Assembly (NCBI GenBank): GCA_037379345.1
Contig: CM074520.1
Location: 4,464,001-4,528,000, forward strand
Source: Perna viridis
Lineage: Eukaryota
Reading direction: 5' to 3'
Length of the DNA: 64,000 bases
In this document: positions 50,104-63,100 of the stretch, in pieces
How the letters are laid out: the number at the start of each line of letters is the position of its first letter
How positions within the stretch are numbered: the first letter of the stretch is position 1
Position numbers and translations under genes: made by a program
Notes under the pieces: model-generated
What the model was told of the DNA's origin: nothing
The model's input: the letters and a program-made list of their open reading frames with translations, nothing else
Databases searched by the model: none

Positions 50104-53100
50104 ATGGAACTTCTTTGATACGGATATTACTACATTTTCGGCATTTTTTCAATAAGAAATTCTCTTACATTTTTTTTTGTGTAGCGGAAATTGCCGAGTA
50201 GTTCCAATTGATTAATAAACATGTATGTAATATAGACGTGTTTGTTGTTGTTGTTCCATTACACTAGTTATCTGTGGAAATATGTACCAAAATACTTCGT
50301 TTACATCTTACAAAATGGCAACTACAAGATGATACCAGCAAAGCCATACTTTCATTTTACAAAATTAGAAGAGATGCCTGTACTCTGTAGTTGAACAGGA
50401 ATTAGACGTTGTAAAACCTTGGTTATACATTTTGTTCAAATCAACAGGCCCAAAACGATACTACCAACCGATTGCTTACATGTAATTTAATATTTAAATA
50501 GCTGTTATGTTATATTTTTAGTGGTAGTCAGACATTTTTGAACTGTTACGCCAGGGCAATCAGCACATGTGAAGAGGACAAAAGGAAATACAACCCATTG
50601 GTGATGGAATATATCACTGTTAAATCTGTCTTAACAGGTTGTTGTGCAAACAGAAAAAGTAAATATTTTACCACGAGCTTCCATCAAAATTTAGAATGCG
50701 AACAATAAGATGTAGATGCAGATCAGGCCTGCATTTCGTAAAAATTCTCAGGTTGAGAATCCCTTCTACTACTTGAGATTTTCCTCAAATCTTTTGTTTT
50801 AAGTGATCTAATTGGTCGAAAATTTAGTTGTAGAAGTATTTGGAGGAAAACCTCAATTTGAGATATTTTATGAAACCACGTCATGTTTTGTGAACTTAAT
50901 TGCACAATATGTATGCATTTGTGGTCTCATAAGTTTCATCTAAGTTTATTTAGATTTAATATTCTTATATTTTATGTAAGATACAACATGTATTCATGCA
51001 TCACATTAGGGGGAGGTGGAGGGTGCATGCAATTCAAAATAATGCGCCATGATTGTAAGTTTGGCGCATAACAATATTTCGGATTAAAGTATTGGCATTG
51101 GATTGTTCTACAACTGCAATAATCCCCTTTGTAAAGTGTGTACACTTGTCCATGAATTCTCCATCATTTGTTTTATAGATTAGCGTACATTATTTTTTTG
51201 ATAATTATGGATTTATTTTTTTCATATTTTCTACCAAAAAAGTGTTATTGTAATACTTTTCTGCTAATACGCTTTTATTTTTAAAAGCATTAACTTAAAA
51301 GTTAGGAGACGTCAAACTTTCCCGACGATTGAGTTAGGCTAAGCGTAATGATCTCTCTTTAGTATTAGTTATGTTTTGTAGAGTTTAGTGATGGTAAGAT
51401 GTGCCTTGGTGACTTGTATAAAGACATTCATCAAATCATCCGCCTATATTGCTTCAAAAATGCTGAGATCACCAAAACCTCTACCAGCGCAGTGGCAAAT
51501 GGAAATTGGACTGAATTCTGCAGGTTATTATATAAATTATCACTGTTGGGCCATTCGTATGATACGTCCAACACTGATTTTCATACAAAGGCGCACCCAA
51601 GCTCGCTTTACGGAGCTTTTCGGGGGTAAATGGTTGAATCGTAAGAAAATCACTGAAACGTGACGTTGGGCACCCTTCTCTGGACAGTAGGCGCATTTAC
51701 TTATAGTTAGACGCAATTTCAATTTTCGATACAGTTTCGCCATTAAGTTATCAGTATTTTACAAATGGGAAACAATATAACGACCAGAAGACTTGCGGTT
51801 CCATAGAATAGCGCCTTTAAGGTCAAAGGGTAAAAAAGCGAAACAGTGAGTGCGTCGGAAAAAAAGAAATTTTGTATTAGTATACTGATCTAAAAATTCT
51901 AAGTTATATAATGTTTCATGAGTCGATAAAACACGCCTTTGAGCTACATGTATTTATAAACTAAAGGCCACACCCATAATTAGTGGACTATTTTATTGAA
52001 AAATAAGTATTGCTTATTTTTTAAAATTTGTATCTAAAAATAAAGTGTTTTAAAATAAAATAGGAATAAGACAGAGAAATATCGTTTACACGCGCTTCGA
52101 ATTTAATGGAAAAGTGCTACGGTCAACGCTTTTACATACCAATTAAACATAAAAAATGAAACATTCAATTCTTAATTGAAATTCTATTTAAGAGATATTT
52201 CATGACACTTGAATATTTAAAGGTAGGCCTAGGCTTGTTATAATATTTTTATCAAATATTGAGAATGATATGTACTACATGTATGAAGATACCACTCGAA
52301 TGATTATAAGGTGTTAGTATTTACAGTACTCGAATTTTTGAAACATCTCAAATTAATTCATGTACACAACTTTTCGATGTCTAAAGTATTGAATGAGTTG
52401 CGGATTTGTTTTCATGTTGGAGAACTTCAAGTCTTGGGTTTTTAGCACTAGTTTTTAAGCAGTTTAGTTCGTCTATATTTTGGCGGAGGGAAAGATATGT
52501 GGACAATTTTATAATAAAACAAGACATTGGAGTATGAAACAGAGTGAAGCGATTTTCTAATGTTTTCATTGGTGGTTTTCTCTAATTAGTTGATTTAAGC
52601 ATCGCCCCAATATGACGTGTGTTAGTGGAACATTCTCCATTAGACCGTCGACTTAAAGTATCTGTTGTATCGGGTTCGATCCCGGTTGATTGTTGAGTAC
52701 AATTTGCTCTATCTTTACACTTGTAATAGTAAAACTGTTAAATAACGTTTCTGTATTCAGTAGCCAGATTTACAAGTAGGTTTATATATTCAACGCACTC
52801 CAAACATGTACAAGTACGTTTTCAAGTATATTAAAAGTGAAAAAAAAAAATGAAATATGAAAATGGTATCAGCCTCGAAAATGATGTGATACTAGGATAA
52901 ACTAAAATGTTTTGATTTCTGCATTTTTTAGGTTTCCAATCAAGTCATACACAAATATAGTTAAATAAGTTTTCATTTTCAGCCAGATAGACGAATGTAA
53001 CAACTGTATACAGGGATTGATATATCCATTCAACTGTTCAACTGAATATCACGAAGTTGCCCAGCATCTACTGTATGGGGCAATGCCACCGTTCTGTTGG

Positions 53101-53510
53101 AACGACACCGACGCCTTTCTTTGGATTGAGCAGTATGGATATGGATCGAACAAAGCGGAAACCAATTTCTTTTGGCCATTTTGGGTTCTGATACTACATG
53201 TACACTCAATATTTTATGCTATATAAATATATATATGACTGATGTGTTCGATGTGTATTTTACATATTTTATAATTTAAGCATACTACATGCATCACCTG
53301 ATGGTATGTAGAATCATAAAAGAATGTGATGTTGTTAAACAAAATCAGACCACTTGTATTAAAATTATCGATGCTTGCAGATATCAGTTAATACTTTGTG
53401 ATGTTTTATTTCGTGGATTAATAAAACAAAGATCTACAATTCTATGGAATTAAACATTCCCACGTTAAGTCTCGCTTTGGCTTATTTGACAAAATGAATA
53501 CAAGATCTCT

Positions 53511-53667
53511 CAGGAGTGGATCCAAGTACTTTGAAAAGGGATTCCTCAGAATGAAGGAGTGGATGGTAGGATAATATTTGCCATTTTTTGTACATTTTAC
53601 GAATGAAAAAAAAAATTCCAATAAAAAAGGGGGTGCCAACCCCAACATCCCCACTGGATTTGCCAAT
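53511..53667. mobile_element. Decayed CAGTGGCGGATCC-type (hAT-like) MITE; relatives at about 26060-26207 and 41277-41380
   Basis: caggagtggatcca...ctggatttgccaatg termini. Confidence 0.45.
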
Positions 53668-53889
53668 GTCTCTACAGTGTATTGTTTGTTTATATTTATA
53701 TTGTGTGATGTACAATACATAAGTACACTTATCATAATGTGCCTTATTTGTTTTTCCTACTAGTATACACTACTCACGACAATAATTAGAAAAGTTTTCG
53801 ATTAACCGATCTCGTCTAGCATTCGACTAAGAGATTAAATAATTTGAAAATTCAGTATTTGTAATGTTTGTTACATATTATTGGTTCTG

Positions 53890-53963
53890 CATATTTGGGA
53901 TTGGGCCGCATCATATTTGGGATTGGACCGCATCATATTTGGGATTGGGCCGCATCATATTTG
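53890..53963. repeat. 22-bp minisatellite x3.4 (catatttgggattgggccgcat)
   Basis: Direct tandem units at 53890, 53912 and 53934, with a partial unit at 53956. Confidence 0.9.
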
Positions 53964-56327
53964 CACATTTTCTTTGTTTGCTTCCTTGCTTGTTGCACTT
54001 TTGTAGTGCGTTGGTTTGTTGCCAGTGTTGATGTCATACATGGACATGTCAAACATAAAGACACTTATATTGGAGGTTTCAGACTTGGGCTTCCGACTAA
54101 CTACATTATCGATAATTTTGTCAGCAATCACCGTTCAAATTTCGTTATGCTAAATTTCATTAGACTCAACCTGCATGAATTATTAAATTGTTCCGCTTAA
54201 CAACTCAAAGTTGACAGACAGACGTAAGTCTTTGTTAATGTGTTGTGTCCGCTTTCAACAAAAGAAATAATTCTGGATTGAAGAAGTATTATTTCTTTTT
54301 ATTTCAATTAACTCTTTTGTATGCCACCCAAAAGTCTATCCGAACGCCATAATTAGAAAAAAAAAGTATCTTTATACTAGCCTTTTGTTGGGATCAAATA
54401 TTTTTCTTTATACTTTAACAAAACGTTTAGATGTGAGCTAAAACAGATTAACATTTTACTTTGTTAAAGATACGAAACTAGTACAGATTCTTACTCAGTA
54501 TTACTGGTTAACTTCCTGTCTGAATTAGATCAGGCTCTCGGTGCTTCCAAGTTCAAAATATTACCACTATGAGGACTTTGTCATCTGTCAAGTATACCTC
54601 GGTATTTTAAACCATTTGATAAAATTTAAAAGAGAAACACTGCAGTTTTAAATAAAAACTAAACGTTGTACCGTCATTGCTTTAAAAGGGTAAAATAATT
54701 ATTGCATTAAAAAAAAACCCTGATACATTTTTAGTAAGGAAATCCATCAACGACATTTACAAAATACTGAAGCTCTTGAGAATTCCGCCGTGACCATTAT
54801 CTTTCATGACGTTAACCTTTGAAAGGGAATGTTGCTCTTACATTACAAGTCATACTAACTATACTTGTCATGAGCATATTTAAATCGGTACTGAATAATT
54901 TTGTTACAGCTTGTCTTGTATAAACAAACAGGTACGGTGTATATGATTGCATTACATTACGTGTCCAATAACTTTACATTTTGCCGATATTAAAAGTTCT
55001 AATTATTGTTGTAATAATTTCCATGTAATAAGTTTTATTTGGAAGAAGCATACCAAGGCAAACTTTCCAATTTATGACGTGTAATGATATGCCATTATTA
55101 TTATTACGGATCTGTCCTAATACCGTTTTGACAACGCAATCATCATTAACAACTCATCCATGAAGTACGATAACGATTTTTACCATTCACTGTAAAGTTT
55201 GATGGTGTTTGTATGCAAATGTAACGAAATCTGTTGGTTTTATTGTGAATTCTCATCTGTCTAATTCTTAGTATGAGACGGAGATGACAATAATTTGACG
55301 TAAACTTTATGATGAGCTGAACGATTTATGACCTTAAAAATTACTCCCAATGATAATCAGACGTGTTCGGACATACAGTAAGACGTTTATAAGATGGTTT
55401 TATGTGCTCCAATTAAACACATTCATTCCAGTAGAAATCCGACCAATGCCTGAAATGGTAAAATATTAGCTCTTACAAGAATAGCTTTTAACAAAATTCC
55501 TAGGTCATTCGCTTGGTTGTGTTTCCTAAAAATCTCTTTTTTGATCTATTTGTTTAAAAAATAGCAAACATTTTTTTTATCCTTATATTTAGAAGTGTTT
55601 TACATGTTCCGTACATGTGAATTCTGTAAATAGTTTCTAGAGAAATTCTAGCTATTTTTGGCATGTTCTCCAGTTCTTGTTTTAAATGTGCTGTGTGTCT
55701 TTTTAGTACTTACAAATTGCATTATTACATTTAAAAGTATAGTTGAATTACTAAATTTTTTGCCTGTATTTTTATACAGAAAACTTTATACTTACAAGAC
55801 AACTTCTACCGAAAATTTAATATATAAATCTTTGCACATTTTACTATATTCTTTAAAAATACATTTGAAATTCTACAAAATTAATGTATTACTTTTTCAT
55901 ACATGTAGCTGGTGTTAAAAGACAATAAACCTAATTAGCATATGCCTTTTTATTGCAGTGATTGGTTGTTCACATTCTACGACTTCAGCGATGACTGTTT
56001 TTACAACAGTGTAAATTCCATGTACAAATCGTTAACAATATGGCTACCTTTGCTTCCACAAAAGATAGAACCGTTTAGAGGCTTAAAACGGTATTTTCTG
56101 CTTTATTCCGTTCATTTTTCGGCATCGTATATTCGAAACAACAATTTTGAAAGAATACAATTACCAGTAGCCTGTAAATACTTTGAATATTGAAACTGAC
56201 AACCATGTCACGTTGTTAGTTGAATATCGTCATTTGCAATGTCGATTTCGGATGTCAATTTCACTGAATAAGAGTCTAAAAGAAAAAAGAAAAATGTATT
56301 TCAAATTGTTAGGGATTGGAATTATAA

Positions 56328-56461
56328 GGAATAAACACTATTTTTATAGAATTTATCTATATATAAAATCGGACCATTCACTCACAAACCTGACATTATT
56401 TGCTTTGTGAGTGAATCGCCCGATTTTACACTTGATAAATTCTACAAAAACTAATTAATCC
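56328..56461. repeat. About 130-bp palindromic fold-back element
   Basis: Nested arms tagaatttatc/gataaattcta, taaaatcgg/ccgatttta, attcactcacaaa/tttgtgagtgaat. Confidence 0.75.
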
Positions 56462-56821
56462 TGTATCAACATATTATTTTTTTTTTCAACTTTAGACAGA
56501 CTTTAATAATAATAAATATATAAAAATAGGAAAACGTCAAAGATTATGTAAAATAGTTACAATGAAATGCTGTTGATTGGCGAAGTCAACGTTAATAAAA
56601 ATGACTGAAAATTTTCGCTACATAAAGTGGTAATCAGTGGTGTACTGATAGTACTAACACTTTCGAAAAACTACTCTCAGTTTTAAGAATGATTTGTCTA
56701 TTGTTTGTCCACCGTTGATTTGTTAAAACAATCCACAGTTTTAACAATAGGTTGACGACACAACAATGGTTTTAAGTTATTAAATTTGGTATGATAATAT
56801 GTAGCCAGCTAAAGGCCTCTA

Positions 56822-58089
56822 ATGCCCATTTATACGGAGATACAAGTTGCACTGTGTTATGCAAAAATACTACCATATAAACACTAATTTTTAGGTGTAT
56901 CATGCGTCTTTTCAAAGTTTCCCAATTTTGGAATAGAACATGTTCTTAATGCTATTCTTTGACACAAATTTCAGTTCATAGAGGTCACATCAACAGTAAG
57001 TAAAACACTTGTCAAGCACATGGTAATTTATAATGAAAAATCATTTTTAATTCCATTAGGATATACTGCTAATAAATCTTGTATAATGCACGATAAGCAT
57101 CGTACGAATTTCTTCGAGCTATGCACGGCCTAACCTATATTCTACCGACTATATTTCCTCTTAACTGATGTTATGTCGATACAATTATAATATAAACAGG
57201 AATTATAGCTCTTTCTTCATCAAGGATATCCATTTTGTCGGGGAAAACGTAACGAATTTTGCCTATGCAACTTGCAATTTGAAATATTGTGTAGACGTGT
57301 TTGTATCGTGATACAAAAGTTACATGTATGCAACTTGTATAACCGTGTATATGGGCCTTTACACGTTGATACAGGTTTCATGCAAATTTCATCATGCAAC
57401 AAATGATGTCGTGTAAACAGTTATTTCTAGTTACTTCAATCTGCATGCTAATCATTTTGAGATAGAACATATTCTATTCTGTGATACAAGTTTCTCTGAC
57501 CAATCATGATCAAAAGCCAGAGTTTTCATTCCATAGATGTCACAACATCAACAGGCAATAAAAGCAAATAGTAAATATGACTGATCGGAAAAAAAGAAAA
57601 CGTGGAGAAACAGTTTCGACAAAAGAACAAATGGAGACATTTATGAGCAACTCGGCTTGTGTTTCCAGAAAAGCAGAGGACGCTTACCCTATAACGGTGC
57701 ACATGGTCCATGCTCCAAAGTTTTAGTGGAGTCCAAGTTGCTCATTTACTTTTGTTACTTTGTATGTTTTATATTGTTTATTATTTGTTCTGGTCTTTTT
57801 CCCTGGACTACATTCTTTAGATTTCCGCTAGAATCTTGGTTCCCTTGATTACTCTTTATAGGATTTTAATCTATATTAGCATACGACTGAATTTTGGGAC
57901 ATTTCAAGTCTTATGCAAAGCCGCTACAATTAGACTAATATATACAGGAATTATACTTTCTTCACCAAGGAAATGGACAGAACGTAATTAAATTCAATCT
58001 GAAATACAATGCAAACTTGTTTTTATCATAATACTGAAGTTGCATCATACAAGTTGCATGCAACATGTATCACCGTCTGAAAAGGCCTT
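56822..58089. mobile_element. Two tandem, diverged Harbinger-like MITEs (about 56822-57359 and 57355-58089; the second interrupted by a PLE fragment)
   Basis: Ends gcccatttatacgg / ccgtgtatatgggcc and ccgtctgaaaaggcc. Shared internal acaggaattata...ttcttcaycaagga. Confidence 0.5.
57642..57857 (+). mobile_element. Diverged 3' fragment of the same Penelope-like family
   Basis: atgagcaactcgg...gttgctcat...ggttcccttgattactcttt. Confidence 0.8.
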
Positions 58090-59066
58090 ATCTGTCAGTA
58101 CACAATTATCTGCGTCTGGAAGACAAAGTGTCTAAATTGAGGATTTTTTTCTGAAAAGAATATACTTAAATCGCATTAATAAAGTTTCCAAAAAAGTAGA
58201 TAAACATAAAAAGGGAGTTTTTCATTGATTTTTAGCTGTTAGAGAAGTCGACACACGAATAAAGATAATGTATTATAGCTAGGTTCTCTCTGTAGTAAAT
58301 TTCAGATAACTCCTTTTTATATTTATTTTTGTTCTTTATATTTAAAAAGGTGGACCGTTAAATATCAACACTAGAATTCATTTAAAGGAAGAAAAACTCT
58401 ACATAGCTGTACGTAGAATTAATTAACAATCAATAGTTGTTGAAATTCGAAGTTTTCATTGAAGAACACTTTATATACGGTATTTGTAGTCAAAAGTAGG
58501 ATGTATTATTTGATTTTATTATTAATTCGGAGAGGCTACGGTCATTATAGTAGAAGTATCACCACAAGTATGGATGTATTCATAAAAATGGAGTCGGAAG
58601 CAAAGTTTGTCAGAACTAACGTTCCGGTCTATATTTACACCCACTGTAACATGTATTTATTTTATTTACACCTCATTTCCAGACATCATGTCTTAAAAGT
58701 TAAATCAATTTAAAGTCAGATTAAGATAAAAGTACAAAGTAAAGCTGCAATCCATCAAAACATTTGTCGCCGTCTGGTACAAACACTAAAACGGTAGTGA
58801 CGTATATAGAATAAAACTGTTTTGGAAGTATATTGTGTATATGGTATACAATGGTTTACGTACAAGTAGAAATGTCATGCGACCAAAAAGATTTTCTTAT
58901 AAGCCAAGAGACTTTGAACTTTAATGATGGTTTGCTGATTACTGATAGAATATGTTAGGAAGTATTGAGAACATATAAATGGCATTAAAATGTGCTGTCA
59001 CCAATGATTAAAATGCGATAGCGGCTATTCTATGCTTCAGAGGATCTCATAGTACTATGCATTTGC

Positions 59067-59250
59067 AAAGAGTGATCAAAGGAACCAAGGTTATAGCGGT
59101 AATCAAAAGAAAGTAATCCAGGGACAAAGACTAGACATAGAAAACAGACATACACAACAAAGAACATGAAGTAACCAAAGTCATGCCTACAAAGTAAAAA
59201 AAAATCAAATGAGCAACTCGGACTAAACTAAAAACCGGGAGCACGGTGCA
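59067..59250 (-). mobile_element. Inverted 3' fragment of the same Penelope-like family, about 260 bp upstream of the long copy
   Basis: Reverse complement of the element's 3' terminus. Tail-out orientation relative to 59509-60150. Confidence 0.8.
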
Positions 59251-59508
59251 AACAAATGAAATGCAATAATTAAATATTGAAAAGTTGACGTAAAACACTA
59301 TGTTATACATGCATGTCTAAGTTTCGTTTTCTAGTCTTGAATGAATTCCCTACATTTTTGTCAATTTATGGTAACATCATCTACATTATAACCAGAAATA
59401 GAACCAATGATATATGTTATTAGGTTGTTACAGGTTAGAACAGTTGCTCCCTAAAATATATCAAAGACTGAAGTCTTCAAAGTCTCTAATCGTCAAAATA
59501 TTCTATGC

Positions 59509-60150
59509 CACTGATTTTGACACTGTGAAGTCAGCCTCTTATCTTGACCTACACTTAGATATCAGTGGTAAAGGAAAACTATTGACCAAACTTTACGACA
59601 AACGTGATGACTTTTCATTCAGAATTGTCAACTTTCCTTTCATCTGTGGCAACAGCCCTTCAGCACCTGCGTATGGAGTGTTCATATCACAACTCATACG
59701 TTATGCCCGAGCTTGCCGAAACTACGCAGACATTTTGTATCACACTAGAACTCTAACAAATATGCTTCTGGAACAGGGTTATGTTGCTACAAGATTGAAG
59801 TCATCACTACTGAAGTTCTATGGTCGTCATCATGAACTCGTGGATCGTTATGGTGTATCCATCAGCACCATAAAAACTGATTTATTCAACGGGTCATAGT
59901 TTTCCTTTCCTCGTTTGTCTACCCCGGACTTGACTTTTTATGAGCAACTCGGCGGGTGTTTCTAGAAAAGCAGAGGACGCTTACCCTACCGGTGCACCTG
60001 GTCCATGCTCCCAGTTTTTTTAGGAGTCCGAGTTGCTCATTTGCTTTTCGTATGTTCTTTGTTGTGTATGTCTGTTTTCCATGTCGGGTCTTTGTCCCTG
60101 GATTACATTATTTTGTTTACCGCTATAACCTTGGTTTCCTTGATTACTCT
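59509..60150 (+). mobile_element. Penelope-like retroelement (Naiad-type, RT at the C-terminus), 5'-truncated: end of RT plus 3' UTR/pLTR
   Basis: ORF part DTVKSASYLDL...LYDKRDDFSFRIVNFPF...PSAPAYGVFISQLIRYARAC...QGY...KFYGRH is the RT motif-E/thumb region of a PLE. It stops at 59899 with no C-terminal GIY-YIG, as expected for the clade with an N-terminal endonuclease. The 3' 250 nt recur elsewhere in the window. Confidence 0.85.
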
Positions 60151-63100
60151 TCAACATCCGAAATGGCACGAATGTAACATGCTGCAAAATCGGATGACTT
60201 CCGTTAGAGTTTTGGTTCCCTTGATATGATTACTCTTTCGTAACCGTGATGACCCGAATGTTTTCAATCTAAACAAATGGTTACCAGGAACCAGATTAAA
60301 CAACTGGTAATGGCTATATTTACACAATGTATATATTGGGCCCTGATAATGTATATGATATTTATACAGTCAATTGTAACAAGCCCTTGTGTCTAATTCG
60401 GAAACTGGGTAATTTTCAATGCTAAACCGATCATTTCATCTTTTAATGTAAACTTCACTTTCTCATACAAGCAAAAAAAAATACTTTGAACAAATGTGTA
60501 TGATATTTAAGAGGTACATTTTGATCTCGTATGAAGCCGGAACTACAAAGCTATAGCGGTAAACACGGCACCGATCAGCTGCTTAATGTGAAGTAGTAAT
60601 ATATAATTATGCAAATCATTTGCAAAAGTAAAGTAATGAACTTACGAGTGCCAGAGATCGCTAACAATATCAGCGACTTAATAACGAACCATACAGAAAG
60701 CGTCGTTATTCGTTAAAAGATTGTGTCCTTTTGTAAAGAGTTTCACTGCATATATAACTCAAGTTAAAATATTTTTATATCATTAAACATAAGATTTTTA
60801 ACAACATATTTTGAAATTAATTACATTTATACAACATTTAGTAGGTTTACATGCACAGTAAACTAGTTTTTCAATTTTGGAGGGAAATACTCCATATAAT
60901 TTAAAGAAAATGATACGTTTTTTGACTAAATGAAGAAACGAAAAGAAGAAAAAGCCTTTAAAACTTAGGATGTAAAAATTCAAATTGCATTAGGACATTT
61001 CACGTGTGTTCTTGTGTAAACATTTGGTTTGTCCTTGTAATAAAATCTAATGACATTTGGTAATGTTGCTCCCTGTCCTAAACCACACATTTCAATATAC
61101 TGCATACTTACAGTGTGAGATTGTATTACATTGTAGAGATAGTATATTAACGGCATTCTAGTTCTTTAATAGACGCTGAGACAATTGATAGCCCCTCGGG
61201 AGGGTAGGAAGCAAAGTCATAAGTAATGATAAAGTATGTTAAATAGAGTTATAAATGGAGTTTGGACATGTTATTGGTCCTCAGTGCCATTGTTGGTCCC
61301 TTAATTGGGAAGCGTCATGGACGAAGACATATGGAAAAACTGTAAAATTATCTTTGACTTAAAACTAGAGAGACAAGCACTAATAAATGTATTGGTACGT
61401 TGTATCCCGATCTACATGAGAGAAAATGGCATTCGATTAATCAGACGAAAATCAAATCTTTTCTTCATATACGAAAAAAACACAGACTAAAATTTCCGCG
61501 AAAGAGACAGAGACGATTGTCTGTCGTGATGACAAGAAAATATTGCTAAGGTATATTATATTTCAACAAATATACTAGAAAGAGAAAGTAGCCAAAATGT
61601 TTTGACGAGCAAGTCAAACGCATTCAGCATGAACAAATCAATACTAATATAGTTCGATGTTTGTTGAATTTCAAATTTTTGTCCAAGTATAGTTAGGTAA
61701 TAACAATCTACATTTTGTCATGTTTATGACTTATTAGCACTTTAAGGTTCCAAAAACCTACCCGACAGATAGACAATGTACTCCTAGAGAACAATTACAT
61801 TAATCTTATAATAACTGGGTCAAACAAGCAAGCCTATAACTCTCGTTATTAGCTTACACGGAAGGCGTTTTACAAGGCAGAGAAATCTAATAATTGTTCA
61901 TAACCTTTTTTCTAATTGCTCGAAATGATTGAAAAACGGAACTCTTATTTTCACCCTGAGAATACATAAACGAATTACACAAGTTTAATAGATCTTTAAT
62001 TTCCAGAATTTGTTCAAGGAAAATTACCCAACTCATCCCTTTAAAAGCAAAGATTAATTTACTATGTTGTAATCTCTCTGCGTCTGAGAAATGTTTTATA
62101 GTTGAAACAAACGCCTACTGACCTGAAGTTTCCAAACAAAAGATATGTCAAGATCGTGAAAATGAATCTTACCCTTGTAAAATACTAGCATTTTTAACAT
62201 AGTAGTCAAAGAGCATATTCTACGAAAGTGTGTTTATAAGTCACAAATTATACAATTGTACAAAAACAACATAAGAATCGTAAAATATGCTAGAAAATGT
62301 TCAATGTCAAAGTACGTTGCACAAAGTGTATGATATAAATAATTCGATTATTGCTCCCAGTCAGGCAACATTTGTCACTGCTTCTTCTGACAAAAAAACT
62401 AGCACATCCAGTACTTTGATAGTTTACTGCGATTACTTTGGGAGCAACTACTGTCAGTAGTAATGGAAGAACTATGTGAAAATAAAGAGTAATCATGATA
62501 CCAAAATTACCGAATTGAAAGACAAAAGTAAAAATAAAATAGTCAAAAGTCTGTAAAACTAATGAAAGAGTAATCAAGGGAACTAAGATTCTAGACAAAC
62601 AGAAAGGATAAGGCGATTCAAAATACATGTACCAGCGTATACCTATTATAAATTAAAACAGTCAATACTTTCAGAGGTCAACATAAGGTTTTCAAGATAC
62701 TCTATTGGAAAGGTCGTCAAGACAATCTATTGAAATTCCTTATGCACATTCTTCACTTTTCCTAGTTGAACAGTTATGTAATAATGATTAATTTATACAC
62801 ATTTAACTGCTGTTTTATGCGTTATACATATTTATACTGTTTTACTATTGTACTCTTAGTAGATGGTTTTGAAAAAAAGCTCAATCTAGTCATTAACACA
62901 TATTAATGTAATAGCTATGTTGTATCTTAAATATATTGTAGATAAGGTATCCAACACGTGGAAACACGCCTTAATGTCGAAATACAGTTTAACAATGAAA
63001 CCTCACACCAAGTTGTTTAATGTGAAAGTAATAATACGAGATAAGGAGTGAAAAACTGTGAACACCCTCTAGTCACTATGAAAGTGCCTTGAGCTGACAT

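Noticed and set aside
52615-52686. tRNA gene (B-box-like GGTTCGATCCC)
   Set aside because: No convincing cloverleaf or acceptor stem; at most a decayed tRNA-derived SINE head.
59414-59508. N-terminal part of the 161-aa ORF as a real protein start
   Set aside because: RT similarity begins only at about 59509; the upstream part is flanking DNA that happens to be open.
59940-60040. SECIS element (some clam Naiads encode selenoproteins, and the stem begins with ATGA)
   Set aside because: ATGAG pairs Watson-Crick with CTCAT, there is no opposing GA for the quartet, and the RT fragment has no in-frame TGA.
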